Assembly: GCF_963921235.1 (NCBI RefSeq)
Contig: NC_086108.1
Location: forward strand, 97,900,001-97,964,000
Reading direction: 5' to 3'
DNA from: Mobula hypostoma
Taxonomy: Eukaryota
DNA: 64,000 nucleotides
The notes beneath the pieces are model-generated. The model did not search any database, was not told the DNA's origin, and saw only the letters and a program-made list of their open reading frames with translations. Shown piece by piece: positions 47,644 to 59,289 of the stretch (position 1 is the stretch's first letter; each line of letters starts with the position of its first letter). The position numbers and the translations under genes were made by a program.

Positions 47644-49277
47644 GACTCAGTGGCCACTTTATAAGACCATAAGACGTAGGAGCAGAATTAGGCCATTTGG
47701 CTAATCGAGTCTGCTCTGCCATTTCATCATGTATGATCCATTTTTCCTCTCAGCCTCAATCTCCTGCCTTCTCCCCATATCCCTTCATGACTCCCTCTTA
47801 AATATAGCCAATGAACTGGCCTCAACTGTTTCCTGTGGCAGAGAATTCCACAGATTCACCACTCTCTGTGTGAAGAAGTTCTTCCTCATCTTGGTCCTAA
47901 AAGGCTTCCCCTTTATCCTTAAACTGTGACCCCTCGTTCTGGACTTCCCCAACATCGGGAACAATCTTCCTACATCTAGCCTGTCCAATCCCTTTAGGGT
48001 TTTATACGTTTCAATAAGATTCCTCCTCAATCTTCTAAATTCCAACGAGTATAAGCCTAATCGATCCAGTCTTTCATCATATGAAAGTCCTGCCATCCCA
48101 GGAATCAATCTGGTGAACCTTCTTTGTACTCCCTCTATAGCAATGATGTCTTTCCTCAGATTAGGGGACCAAAACTGCACACAATACTCCAGGTGTGGTC
48201 TCACCAAGGCCTTGTTCAACTGAAGTATTACCTCCTTGCTCCTGTACCCAAATCCTCTTGCTATGAATGCCAGCATACCATTCGCCTTTTTCACCACCTG
48301 CTGTACCTGCATGCCCACTTTCAATGACTGGTGTATAATGACACCCAGGTCTCGTTGCACCTCCCCTTTTCCTAATCAGCCACCATTCAGATAATAATCT
48401 GTTTTCCTGTTTTTGCCACCAAAGTGGATAACCTCACATTTATCCACATTAAATTGCATCTGCCATGAATTTGCCCACTCACCCAACCTATCCAAGTCAC
48501 CCTGCATCCTCTTAGCATCCTCCTCACAGCTAACACTGCCACCCAGCTTCGTGTCATCCGCAAACTTGGAGATGCTGCATTTAATTCCCTCATCTAAGTC
48601 ATTACATGAAGACTTGGCCTCTAACTGCTGTCTGTGGCAAAGAATTCCACAGATTCACCTCTCTCTGGCTAAAGAAATTCCTCCTCATTGCCATTCTAAA
48701 AGGACGCCCCTCTATTCTGTGGTTGCGTCCTCTGATAGGTACACCTGCCTGTGAATGCAAATATCTAATCAGCCAATCATGAGGCAACAACTCAATGGCA
48801 TAAAAGCATGCAGATATGGTCAAGAGGTTCAGTTGTTTTTCAGACCAAACATCAGAATGGGGAAGAAATGTAAGCTAAGTGACTTTGTTGTGGAATGATT
48901 GTTGGTGCCAGATGGGGTGATTTGAGTATCTCAGAAGCTGTTGATCTCCTGAGACTTTCACGCACAACTGTCTATAGAGTTTACCAGAAAGTGGTGTGAT
49001 AAACTAAAAATATCCAGTGAGCAGCTGTTCTGTGAGAGAAAATGCCTTATTAATGAGGGAGATCAAAGGAGAACGGCCAGACTGGGTTCAAGCTGACAAG
49101 AAGGTGACAGGAACTCAAATAACCACGCATTACAACAGAGATGTGCCGAAGAGCATCTCTGACCGCACAACACATCGAACCTGGAAGTGGATGGGCTACA
49201 ACAGCAGAAGGCCATAAACATACACTCAGTGGCCACTTTACTGAGTACAGGAGGTACCTAATAAAGTGGCAATTGAG
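47644..49277 (+). mobile_element. Non-autonomous Tc1-like element (same family as 1-2157), interrupted by nested CR1 pieces
   Basis: Left TIR split as ACTCAGTGGCCACTTTAT | TAGGTACACC (47662/48736); transposase ATG 48857 (MGKKCKLSDF); internal TIR copy at 49221; right TIR GTACCTAATAAAGTGGCAATTGAG. Confidence 0.8.
47791..48604 (-). mobile_element. Young CR1 ORF2 C-terminal fragment, close relative of the intact copy, without its own 3'UTR
   Basis: ORF 47785-48360 is near-identical to the C-terminus of 5564-8563. CATGA flanks it at 47786-47790 and 48605-48609. Confidence 0.9.
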
Positions 49278-50429
49278 GCCGCAGGAATACGTGCTGAGAA
49301 CCACACTGAAGCTTGGGGCCACCACAGAGGTTCAGTGGGGAAGGACCACAGTGTAGGATTCATCTCGTGCGGGGAGAGTGGGTCGGGTGGGGGTAGCCCC
49401 TCAATCATTGTAGTCATTAATATATCACTGCAGGGACAGTATGGAAAATATTGACCACTTATGTAAAGAATGGAAAGGCATGGAATGGCTTGTTCTAGTA
49501 AATAATTTTTATTGTGAATAAAGTTAAAAAACTGAGTGTGTGTCTCTGAGCAAGCTTTAGTCATCTGTTTGACGACCTTCTTATCTGGTGCGTTATTACC
49601 TTTTACCTTAGCGCGCGATCAATGCTGATTTGTCTTCAGCAGCTTCTTGAGACATATCGATACGTTAAAGGTGTGTTGCATACCTATTATTGTTATAATC
49701 AGCGCCGTGCTTTTGTGTGAATGAAATGCACACTGAGACTATGATATAATTCTGATATCAACACAAAGAGAGCTCGGATCTCACATCGCTGCTCCAGGGA
49801 CACATCCTATGACAATGTGAATAATTTATCTTCACCCTCTCCGGAGGAGCTCAAAACCAGAAGAGAGGCCAGTGGAATAAATTCCAGTGGGAATGAAAGA
49901 GATTTTTTTGCCATTTCCTCTTGAAACGAGCTCTTCTCAGAATGAAGAGGAGCTAGGAAATCTATTTTCAAGCATTCAAAATATGGATTTCTTTTTTTTA
50001 AAAAAAGCTTGCCCTGGTAACATTAACGGTAAGCATTCTGGGTTTTTATGACAATCTACTTGGCAGATGGGGAGGAGACTTAACATTTTTGGTGGGTCTG
50101 GCCCATATGAGACTTCAGCCCAGAAAAGTGGTTAATTTTAATTGGCACCTCGGTCTAGGGATGAACAGTAAATGCCGGCATTGCCAGTGACCTCCACATC
50201 TCACGTTCCAATCAATAAAACGACACTACAGGTGTCTCCCCAGCATGGATTACGTGCCTCTGCTCTTATGTACCTCCAAAGGCCCGGGAAACGGAGGGCC
50301 ACCAGAGAGATGTGGCACTCTGGGTCAGCCGGATTAGCAGGCAGAAGGTCAGTTCTTTGTTAGAACACCATTCCTCCAGTAGACCCAGGTAACAACTTGC
50401 GGAACACGTCTGCCCTCAGTAAGGGTCGG

Positions 50430-50662
50430 ACAATAGCATGGTGGTTAGTGTATCGCCGTTACTGGGCCAGCGACCCAGCTTCAGTTCTGCCACTGATTGT
50501 ACGGAGTTTCCATGTTCTCCCGATGACTACATGGAATTCTTCTGGGTGCTCCAGTTTCCTCCTACATCCCAAAGTTTACGGGTTAAGCGGTTAATTGCTT
50601 ACATGGGTGTGATTGGGTGGCGCCTGTTACCCTGCTGGATTTATAAATGTGTAAAATAAATT
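50430..50662 (+). mobile_element. V-SINE
   Basis: TAGCATGGTGGTTAG head; CTGGGTGCTCCAGTTTCCTCCTACATCCCAAAG core. Confidence 0.7.
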
Positions 50663-50762
50663 TCTTCCAGTTTAATATGCAGAAATTAACCAGTATAGAC
50701 TTTCCCTATTATTATTGACTTATGGTTCGCAGTTAGTGTAACGCTATTACAGCACCAGCAGC

Positions 50763-51215
50763 AATAGACAATAGGTGCAGGAGTAGGCCACTCGGCCTTT
50801 CGAGCCAGCACCACCATTCACCGTGATCATAGTTGATCATCCACAATCAGTATCCTGTTCCTGTCTCCTCCCCATATCCCTTCACTCTGATAGCTTTAAG
50901 AGCTCTATCTAACTCTTCTCTGAAAGAATCCAGAGAATTGGCCTCCACTGCCTTCTGAGGCAGAGCATTCCACAGAACCACAACCCTCTGTGTGAAAAAA
51001 CTTTTCCTCAACTCCATTCTAAATTGTCTACCCCTTATTCTTAAACTGTGACCTCTGGTTCTGGACTCCCCCAACATCGGGAACATGTTTCCTGCCTCTA
51101 GCGCATCCAATCCCTTAATAATCTTATATGTTTCAATCAGATCCCCTCTCATCCTTCTAAATTCCAGTGTATACAACCCCAGTGGCTCCAACCTTTCAAC
51201 ATCTGACAGTCCCGC
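50763..51215 (-). mobile_element. CR1 3' fragment inserted into a V-SINE (SINE halves 50722-50762 and 51216-51385)
   Basis: ORF 50847-51317 LGLYTLEFRRMRGDLIETYKII..TRGHSL; CTATTGT tail; the SINE B box GGGTTCAATTCC follows the insertion. Confidence 0.85.
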
Positions 51216-52454
51216 CAACCCGGGTTCAATTCCCACTGCTGTCTGTAAGGAGTTTGTATGTTCTCCCTGTGACCATGTGGGTTTCTTCAGGTGCTCTGGT
51301 TTCCTCCCACCTGCCAAAGATGTACGGGTTCGTAGATTAATTTGTCACATAGCGGTAATTGGGCAATCTGGGTTCATTGAGCTGTAGAACATAGAGCAAT
51401 ACAGCACAGTCGAAGGTCTTTGACCCATGGTGTTGGGCTAACCTTTTAACCTGCTCTAAGATGAATCTAACCGTTCCCTTCCCCATAGCCCTCTATTTTC
51501 CAATCATCCATCTGCCTAGCTAAGCGTTTCTTAAGTGCACCTGGAAAAAAATAAAATAACTTCTAAATCCCTGAAATAAAAAGATAAAAATAAAAATGCC
51601 TTGGTAGACTCCTCGCCTCAGGACAGAGCTGCCTTATCTGCATCTGCAGAATAACGCAGCTGTACTAAAGCAGAGCAGAGAGCTGTGGGCTTGAAGATGA
51701 AATAACCTGCAGAAGGTGGATTTCTTCTAAGGATTTTGAGGAGGCAGAGAATGATGTTGTTAATGCCCCTGCACCTGGGAGTATTACAAGGCCCTTTTTG
51801 CTCGTGCTGTGGCAAAGTTCTCTTGGGTTTTATTAGTTTGTCCCTGTGGAAAAGCCTTGACCCACTCCTGAGCAAGTGGCTGAAGTGTCAGTGTGAACCG
51901 GTGACCATCGCACGTTCTGGCACCAACATAGCATGCCCGCAGTGTTAGCCAGAACAACACAGAACACAACACAACAAACAAAAACAGCAAAACAAAGCTC
52001 TTCCTCCCTCCCGGCCACAAGCACACAGAGTCCTCTAACTCCAGGATAGGCCATCTTCTTCAGCGTCCAGCGTCCAGTTCTCTTTCCTGCCTTTGCAGTG
52101 GAGAAACAGGCACTCTGCCTCAGGGGTACAGGTGGACGGCACTGGCTCCTATTTTCTTGCGTTTATGTGTTAAAAGATTATTGGAACTTAAAGGATATCT
52201 AATGCCTCCTTATTCAGATCACCATTCCAAACTCTCAAAGTTTAATTTTAAACAGCATGCGTCCCAGTGTCTCTGGAACTGTGAGCCTCTCCAGTCTATC
52301 CCAGCAACCCCTGCTGCCTGGGCAGTGGGAACCAGGCTGGATGGAGATGTGGGAATAGAGCTAGAATTGCCTCCATTAACAGCTGCTGAGGGAAATATTT
52401 TATTTATTTGTTTAGAGATACAGCACGGTAACAGGCCCTCCTGGCCCATCAGGC

Positions 52455-52655
52455 CTGAGATGCCTAATTACACCCATGTGACCAATTGACCTACAAACCC
52501 ATGCATCTGTGGACTGTGGGGGAAAACTGGGGCACTTGGGGGAAACCCATGCAGTCACAGGGAGGACGTAGAAATTCCTTACAGACAGTGACAAGATGGA
52601 ACCCAGGTCACTGGCGCTATAATAGCTTTGAGCTAACTGCTTCACTACCGTAACA
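52455..52655 (-). mobile_element. V-SINE
   Basis: Reverse-complement core (GTGGGGGAAAACTGGGGCACTTGGGGGAAACCCATGCAGTCACAGGGAG) and tRNA-like head. Confidence 0.7.
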
Positions 52656-52689
52656 CCCCAAATAGATATCTGTCAGGACTGTTCATTTG

Positions 52690-53050
52690 CTCTGTGCCAT
52701 GTGGTATGATGTGGGCTCTCCATGACCATGATTGCTATTAGAAAATTCTTCTACAGTGGTTTGCTGTTGCCTTCTTTTGGGCAGTATCGTTACAAGACGG
52801 GTGACCCCAGCCATTATCAATACCCTTCCAAGATTGTCTACTTGACGTCAGTGGTCACATAATCAGACTTGTGATAGGCACCAGCTGCTCATATGACCAT
52901 CCACCACCCGCTCCCAGGGCTTCACGTGACCCTGATCAGAGGGGACTAAGCAGGTGCTACACCTTGCCCAAAGGTGACCTACAGGTTAGCAGAGGAAAGG
53001 AACGCCTTAGACCTCCTTTGGTAGAGATGTATCTCCACACCACCACCCAA
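52690..53050 (-). mobile_element. RTE/BovB-related SINE
   Basis: Minus strand carries GAAGGCAACAGCAAACCACT, resembling the BovB/RTE 5' motif GAAGGCAATGGCAAACCACT. Confidence 0.5.
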
Positions 53051-53269
53051 TGCTATCCACCACTGTCAGAATACATCTTGATAATCTCAGAAAACTCTGG
53101 TGTCAGTGACTGACCATAAACAGGCAGATAACACATACATCTGTATTCCTTAGTAGGACAGCCTGACTTTTTAATCCTTAGTTCAAGTGAAGAAGGTATA
53201 TGATTCTTTCTTGGGGCATAACCAAGGATATCCCCCGACCCACCATTTCTTTAAATATTATTACTGGTT

Positions 53270-53700
53270 AGTGGGTAGTGGGTAGTGGCTCCATATGTCA
53301 CTACTACAGGGCGTGACGACCCTGCCTTACACGAGTCCCGGGCTCAGCTGGCTCCGGCTGACAGTACCCGGTATGGGCCCCTATCCAGGGTTACGGATCC
53401 CACTGCCTTGAGGGCATCTTCGGGAGAAGAGAAGGCTAAGGAGTAAACCCTACACAAATCCAGAGTGGAGCCCCTAAGGCGGTTGGATGGTTTATCACAT
53501 CACCTCCCGGCAGCTCCTGCAGCCAAGCTGATGCCAAATGTACTGCTTCGCATTCCTTTGGACCACATCCGTGAGGCCGAGAGGGAGATCTTGATGTCTG
53601 GGCAGCCCAGGATCTCCATATTCATCACCCAGGTTTGCGCCCCAGAGAGGACGGGGCGCATCCATTGTCCACTTAGACAGACGGAGCCATTAACATTACT
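53270..53700 (+). mobile_element. Non-coding SINE-like element, relative of 32410-33045
   Basis: 5' hairpin GTAGTGGC..GTCACTAC; shared CCCCTAAGG..CCGGCAGCTCCTGCAGCCAAGCTG..; CATTAACATTA tail. Confidence 0.6.
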
Positions 53701-54779
53701 GGTTTATTATTGATAGCTTATTACTGCCGTGTACACTGAGGTTCAGTGAAAAATGTAGCCATCCAGACGGAACATGCTTACCTAAGTACATTGAGGTAGC
53801 AAAAAAAGAAAACAGAATGCAGAATAGAGTGCAGCAGCTGAAGAGAAAGTGCAGTGCAGATAGAGAAATAAAGTACAAGGAGCTCAATGAGGTAGACAGG
53901 GAGAGAAAGAGTTGATCTTGTAATGTATGAAAGGTCCATTCAAGAGTTGGACGACAGTGGGATAGAAGATGTCCTTGAGTTTGTTAGTTTTCAAGGGTTT
54001 GTATCTTCTGCCTCATGGAGCGAGGAGAAGAGAGAATGGCCAGGGTGGAAGGGGTCCTTAAGTTGTCTGTTTTCCCATAGCAGCGGGAAGTGTGGGATCA
54101 GCCTGAGATCAGCAGGCATTGCAGGGACAGGGTCCATGGAGGGGAGGGTGGTCTGTGTGCTGGACTGAGTAAGAGCAGTTGCTATGCCAACTTGCGATGC
54201 ATCTGATTAGGATGCGTTCTGTGATGCATCAGTAAAAATTTGGTAAGCGTTATCGGGGACATGCTGAATTGCTTTTGCATTCTGAGAAAATATTGGTGTG
54301 CTTTCTTGTCATGAACACCAACACAGCTGAACCAGGACAAATTACTGCTGGCACTTTCACCTAGGAACTTGAAGTTTTCAACCATATCTACCTCCACACC
54401 ATTGACGCAGACAGGGCCATGTTCTCCACTCTTCTTCCAGAAGTCAATGACCAGCTCCTATCTACTGTTTTTGTGGAAGAGGGTATTGTCATGACACCAT
54501 TCCATAGGCTTTTTATCTCCTACCAGTACCTTATCTTATCATTGCTTAATATCTGGCTCACTGGTACCACCAGCAAACTTGTAGATGGAGTTAGAACAGA
54601 TTCTGGCCACACAGTCATGAGTGTACAGGGAGTGGAGTAGGGGGCCGAGAACATAGAACATGGAACATAGTACATTACATAGAACATAGAACATACAGCA
54701 CATACAGGTCTATTTCCACGTTGTTTTGCCAACCTTTTAACTTACTCTAAGATCCAACTAACCCTTCCCTCCTATATAG

Positions 54780-55715
54780 CACTTTATTTTTCAATCGTCC
54801 ATGTGCCTATTTAAGAGTTCCTTGATTTCTCTCATGTATCTGCCTTTACCACTATCCCACCTCTGACATCTCCCCTGTATTTGACTCAATTCACCCTGAT
54901 ATTTGCCATTCCCACTCTGAGAAAAAATCTCCCACTATCCACTTGATCTATGCCTCTCACCTTGTATACCTCTATCAAATCACTTCCTTTGCTCCAAAGA
55001 GAAAAGCCCTAGCTCGCTCAACCTATCTTCATAAGACGTGCTCTGTAATCCAGGTAGCACGTTGGTAGATCTCCCCTGCACCCTCTCTAAAGATTCCACA
55101 TCCTTTCTATAATGAGACCAGAACTGAACACAATGTTACAAGTGTGGTCTAACCAGTGTTTTCTAGAGCTGCAACATTATCTCACGGATGCAACCTGGAG
55201 GGGCACCAGTGTTGAGGGACAATCATGGAGGAATTACTGGTGGGTGTTGGAGAAGGTCCAGAGGACGTTCACGAGAAGATACCAGGAATGAAAAGGATAA
55301 AGTATGTGGAGAGTTTGATGGATCTGGGCCTGTACTTACTGGAGTTGAGATGAATAAAGGGAGATCTCATTGAATCCCATTGAAAGGCCTAGATAGAGCC
55401 TACATGGAGAGTATGTTTCTTACAGTGGGAGAGTCCAGGATCAGGAAGAACACCCTCAGAGTAGGAGGACATCCCTTTAGAATAAAGATGAGAAGGAATT
55501 TCTTTAGCCAGAGGGTGGTGAATCTGTGGAATTCATTACCACAGACTGCTGTAAAGGCCAAGTCAGTGGGCATATTTAAAGTGCGGTTGATTAGTAAGGG
55601 CATCAAAGGTAGGAGAATGAGGTTGAGAAAGATAATAAATCAGCTATGATCGAATGGCAGATCAAACTCGATGGGCCAAATGGCCTGATTCTGCTTCCGT
55701 GTCTTATGGTCTTAA
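54780..55715. mobile_element. Two old CR1 3' fragments (- about 54780-55190; + about 55245-55715)
   Basis: ORF 55380-55649 KGLDR..RRNFFSQRVVNLWNSLP; CR1 3'UTR. Confidence 0.75.
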
Positions 55716-57231
55716 GGAGATTATTGAGTAAATTTGCTGGTCTATACATTCCCAAATGGCAGTATAGATATCTTTCACTGTCTTTAACTTGAACAGTATG
55801 ACAGGGTGGATTCTTTTCCACAAGGCTACATTCAGGTTCTCCAAACAGTGCTTCCAAGCCAACTTTTAAAATTATTTAGTTTGTAGTGAATTATTTATGC
55901 ATGATTCACTTCTCCCTCCCAGTTGTTATTATAGGAGTTCCCCTGAAGAAAATCTACATTTGTTTGTTTTCTGTAGGCTTCAGTCCCACGGTGTAGAAAA
56001 ACAAATACCGACTAAACCTTTCAGGCCACGAGAAGAAAGCCTTTTGCCCCAAAGCTTGCAGGAGTGACCATGAATTTGTTTCACACCCTCATTCACAAAC
56101 TCATGCAATCTTTCAGCATGACCTCTATTTCGATGGTGCACACAGGGTGCCGTCCGAACGTAATATGCTTGAAATTACAACTTGTTAGCAATTTGCCAAT
56201 ACTCAGCTGATCCCTGTTATTGAAGTGGCTAAAGTGTCACTTTAAGTTTAATGCGTGAGGATAAGGAAAAAACCAGATGATAGCCAAGATAAATGATAGT
56301 TAGAATATTCTCCCACTCTGAACAAGTTAGCGTGACTGTTAGCCGGAATGGGGAATTCATTGCCACAGACGGCTGTGGAGGCCAAGTCATCGGAAATATT
56401 TAAAGTGTGAGGTTGATATGTTCATGATTATTAAGGGTGTCAAAGGTTATGAGAAGAAGGCAGAAGAATGGGGTTGAGAGGGAAAATAAATCAGCCATGA
56501 TGGAATGGTGGAGAAGACTTGATGGGCCAAATGGCTCAATTCTGCTCCTATATTTTATGACCTTGTTCCAACATCCCAGAGCTAGAGTGCACTGAACGTT
56601 TTTCATCACTTCCAACTTTCTGGCTGGAGAACACTTTCCTTCCTTTTCTTCATGATCAAATGGCAGAGCAGACTCCATAGGCCTAATGGCTGAATTCTGC
56701 TCCTATATCTTACGGTCTTATGGCCTTGTACTCGTATGCCAGAGCTGGAGTTCGCCGAACTCTTTTCAACCCTTCCAGCATTCCAACTGGGGATCACTTC
56801 TCTTCTTCCTTTCTTGTTCCTTCCATTTGGATGTTTCTTCAGTCTGTCTCTTGTCTCTGTGACTCCATCCTCAGCTTAGGAGGAAGTGCTGGCAAGGGAC
56901 AGAAGAAGGCCTGGGATACCTGCCGCCATTTTCCACTCCCTTGAAGTTGTGATGGTGTCATTTCAGTGGGAAGGCTCTTTTTGTCTTCCTCTTCACCATC
57001 TACCTGCTTATTCTACTGTGGCCTCCACTTCCCTTGACCCTGTCACCCGGAGAAGGGGAAAAGATACCTGGGGCTTGGAGGATTGAGTTGACCAGATTTT
57101 CCATCCCTTCATTGGGTATTTCATAATACAATGGCCGGGTAAGTAAAATTAGTGACATTGATAAATTATAATTGAATTGCTTGATGCAGTGAAGATTATT
57201 ATTCTGATTAAGCCATGATTATATTACTGTA

Positions 57232-57656
57232 CAGTACTGTGCAAAAATCTTAGGCACCCTAGATACTTTATATATGGTTTCAAATGGTATGGCCTCCTCG
57301 GAGCCCTGATCGCAACATCATCGAGACTGTCTGAGAGTACCAGGAGAGAGAGAAACAAGCGAGACAGTCAAAGTCTGCAGAAGAATTGTGGCAAGTTCTC
57401 CCAGATACTTGGAACAACCTACCAGCTGATTTTCTTATAAAACTGCAAGACAGTGTACCTCAGAAAATTGATGCAGATTTAAAGGAAAAGGGTGGTAACA
57501 CCAAATACTGATTTGATATATATATATTTTTTTTTACTGTTTACTGCTCTTTATAGTAATGTTTTTAATATTTAGAAACTTCATTTTATTATTTTGAAAG
57601 CATCTTCACCTTTACAGAAATTTTTTACATGTGCCTAAGACTTTTGCACAGCACTG
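57232..57656 (+). mobile_element. Internally deleted Tc1 element, 425 bp
   Basis: 26-bp TIRs CAGTACTGTGCAAAAATCTTAGGCAC / GTGCCTAAGACTTTTGCACAGCACTG (2 mismatches); TA on both sides; remnant WPPRSPDRNIIETV of the catalytic motif. Confidence 0.9.
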
Positions 57657-58159
57657 TATGTTTTATGAATAAATTATATTTTTGGAGAAAAAAATATTCT
57701 GGAGCAGATCTCCTGGCTGCGACTTCCTGAATGAAAACAGATCCAAAATGATGGGTAAGACTCTGCCAGCCATGAGTTGCAATCTCCACCTACAGAAGTA
57801 TCTTGTCAGCTGTTTAGCTTCATCCAAAGGCTGAATCAACTGTCAAAACTATCCAAGAAATCGAGTGTTCATGAAGGCAAGTTATCTTAACCCAGATTCA
57901 GAAGGCAAATTCTCCAATGTAACTACAGGAAGCTGGAGTTCCACAGCCGGGGACAAGTTTTTAATCCCCAGCAGGAACTACACAGGAAGTTCACCAAGTC
58001 CACGTCCAGCACTTCCAGTCAATTACTGGCATTCCACAGGAAAATATGACCCAATTCTTTGACGACAATGTTGGTGGTAGTCATTGCATTTAATTATTGT
58101 CCTTTTACTTGTTTGCTGGACATCATAGATACCATTTCAATGAAGGCCATGTTGCAGCA

Positions 58160-58680
58160 TAGGAGCAGAATTTGGCCCATTGAGTGTGCTTTGTCATTCG
58201 GTCATGACTAGTTGATTTTCCCGCTCAATCCCATTCTTCTGCATTCTCCCTGTAACCTTTGATACCCTTTCTGACCAAGAATCTATCAAACTCTGCTTTA
58301 AATATACCCAATGACTTGGCCTCTACAGCCATCTGTGGCAAAGAATTCCACAGACCCACTATCCTCTGGCTAAAGAAATTCCTCCTCATCTCGGATCTAA
58401 AGGAGCTTCCTTCTGTTCTGAAGTTTTGCCCTCTGGCCACATACTCTCCCCCTATTTGAAACATCCTCTCCACTTTCACTCTATCTAGGCCTTCCAATAT
58501 GTGGTAGGTCTTAATAAGATTCCCCATCGTTCTCCTAAACTCCAGTGAGTACAGGCCCAGAGCCATCAAACGCTCCTCATACATTAATCTTTTCATTCCC
58601 GGGATCACTGCCGTGAACCTCCTCTGGACCCTCTCCAATACCAGCACCTCCTTTCTTAGATACGGGGCCCAATGCACAGA
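58160..58680 (-). mobile_element. CR1 3' fragment
   Basis: ORF 58225-58686 WAPYLRKEVLVLERVQRRFT..NFFSQRIVGLWNSLP. Confidence 0.9.
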
Positions 58681-59289
58681 AGTCATAGAGTAGAACAGGA
58701 CCGAAAAACAACCCTGATTCCAGCACTTACATGCTAATCATTTTGATTGTCCACATTAATCTAATTTATCTGCGTTTGGACCACATCCCTGTGGGCTCTG
58801 TCCATTTGAGTGTTGGTCTAAATGCCCCTGAATCCTAATATTTGTATCTGATTTCACCACCTCCTTTGACAGCTCCATCCAGACAACTGAAGATTTGTGT
58901 TCTCTGTCTATCACAATCCATTACTCAGGTGGGACTTACCTCTACTCCAGTTCCGTGGTCCTGAAAGGGCTGATGAGGCCATTCTGGAACCTGGCCACAG
59001 GCTGGGGAGGAAGAGTTCGATGGGGTAGGTAAGAGGGTAGTTTATGACGTGCTGGGCTCCTTCCTCAACACACAACACTCTGCTCCCCCCGCCCCCCCCC
59101 CCCAATTCATGGATGTTCTGGGTTCGGCAGGTTGACCAAGAAACAAATGGCTGAAGGGGAGTACCTGAGAGAAAGTAGCATGGCCTAGATGGTGGGGTTT
59201 ATTGATAAGAGATGGTGCCTTCTTGGGGCAGTGTAGATACTACTGATGGTGGGGAAGGATGTGTTGAATTGAAATTCTGATCAGACCAC

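Noticed and set aside
53308..53400. Attempted HDV-like fold in the 53-kb SINE-like copy
   Set aside because: Hairpins are present, but I could not assign P3/L3, P1.1 and J4/2 consistently.
56922..56932. YY1-like GCCGCCATTTT; also NF-kB-like GGAATTTCC/GGAATTCCCC near 12922 and 13001
   Set aside because: Isolated motifs are expected by chance in 64 kb and there is no supporting context.
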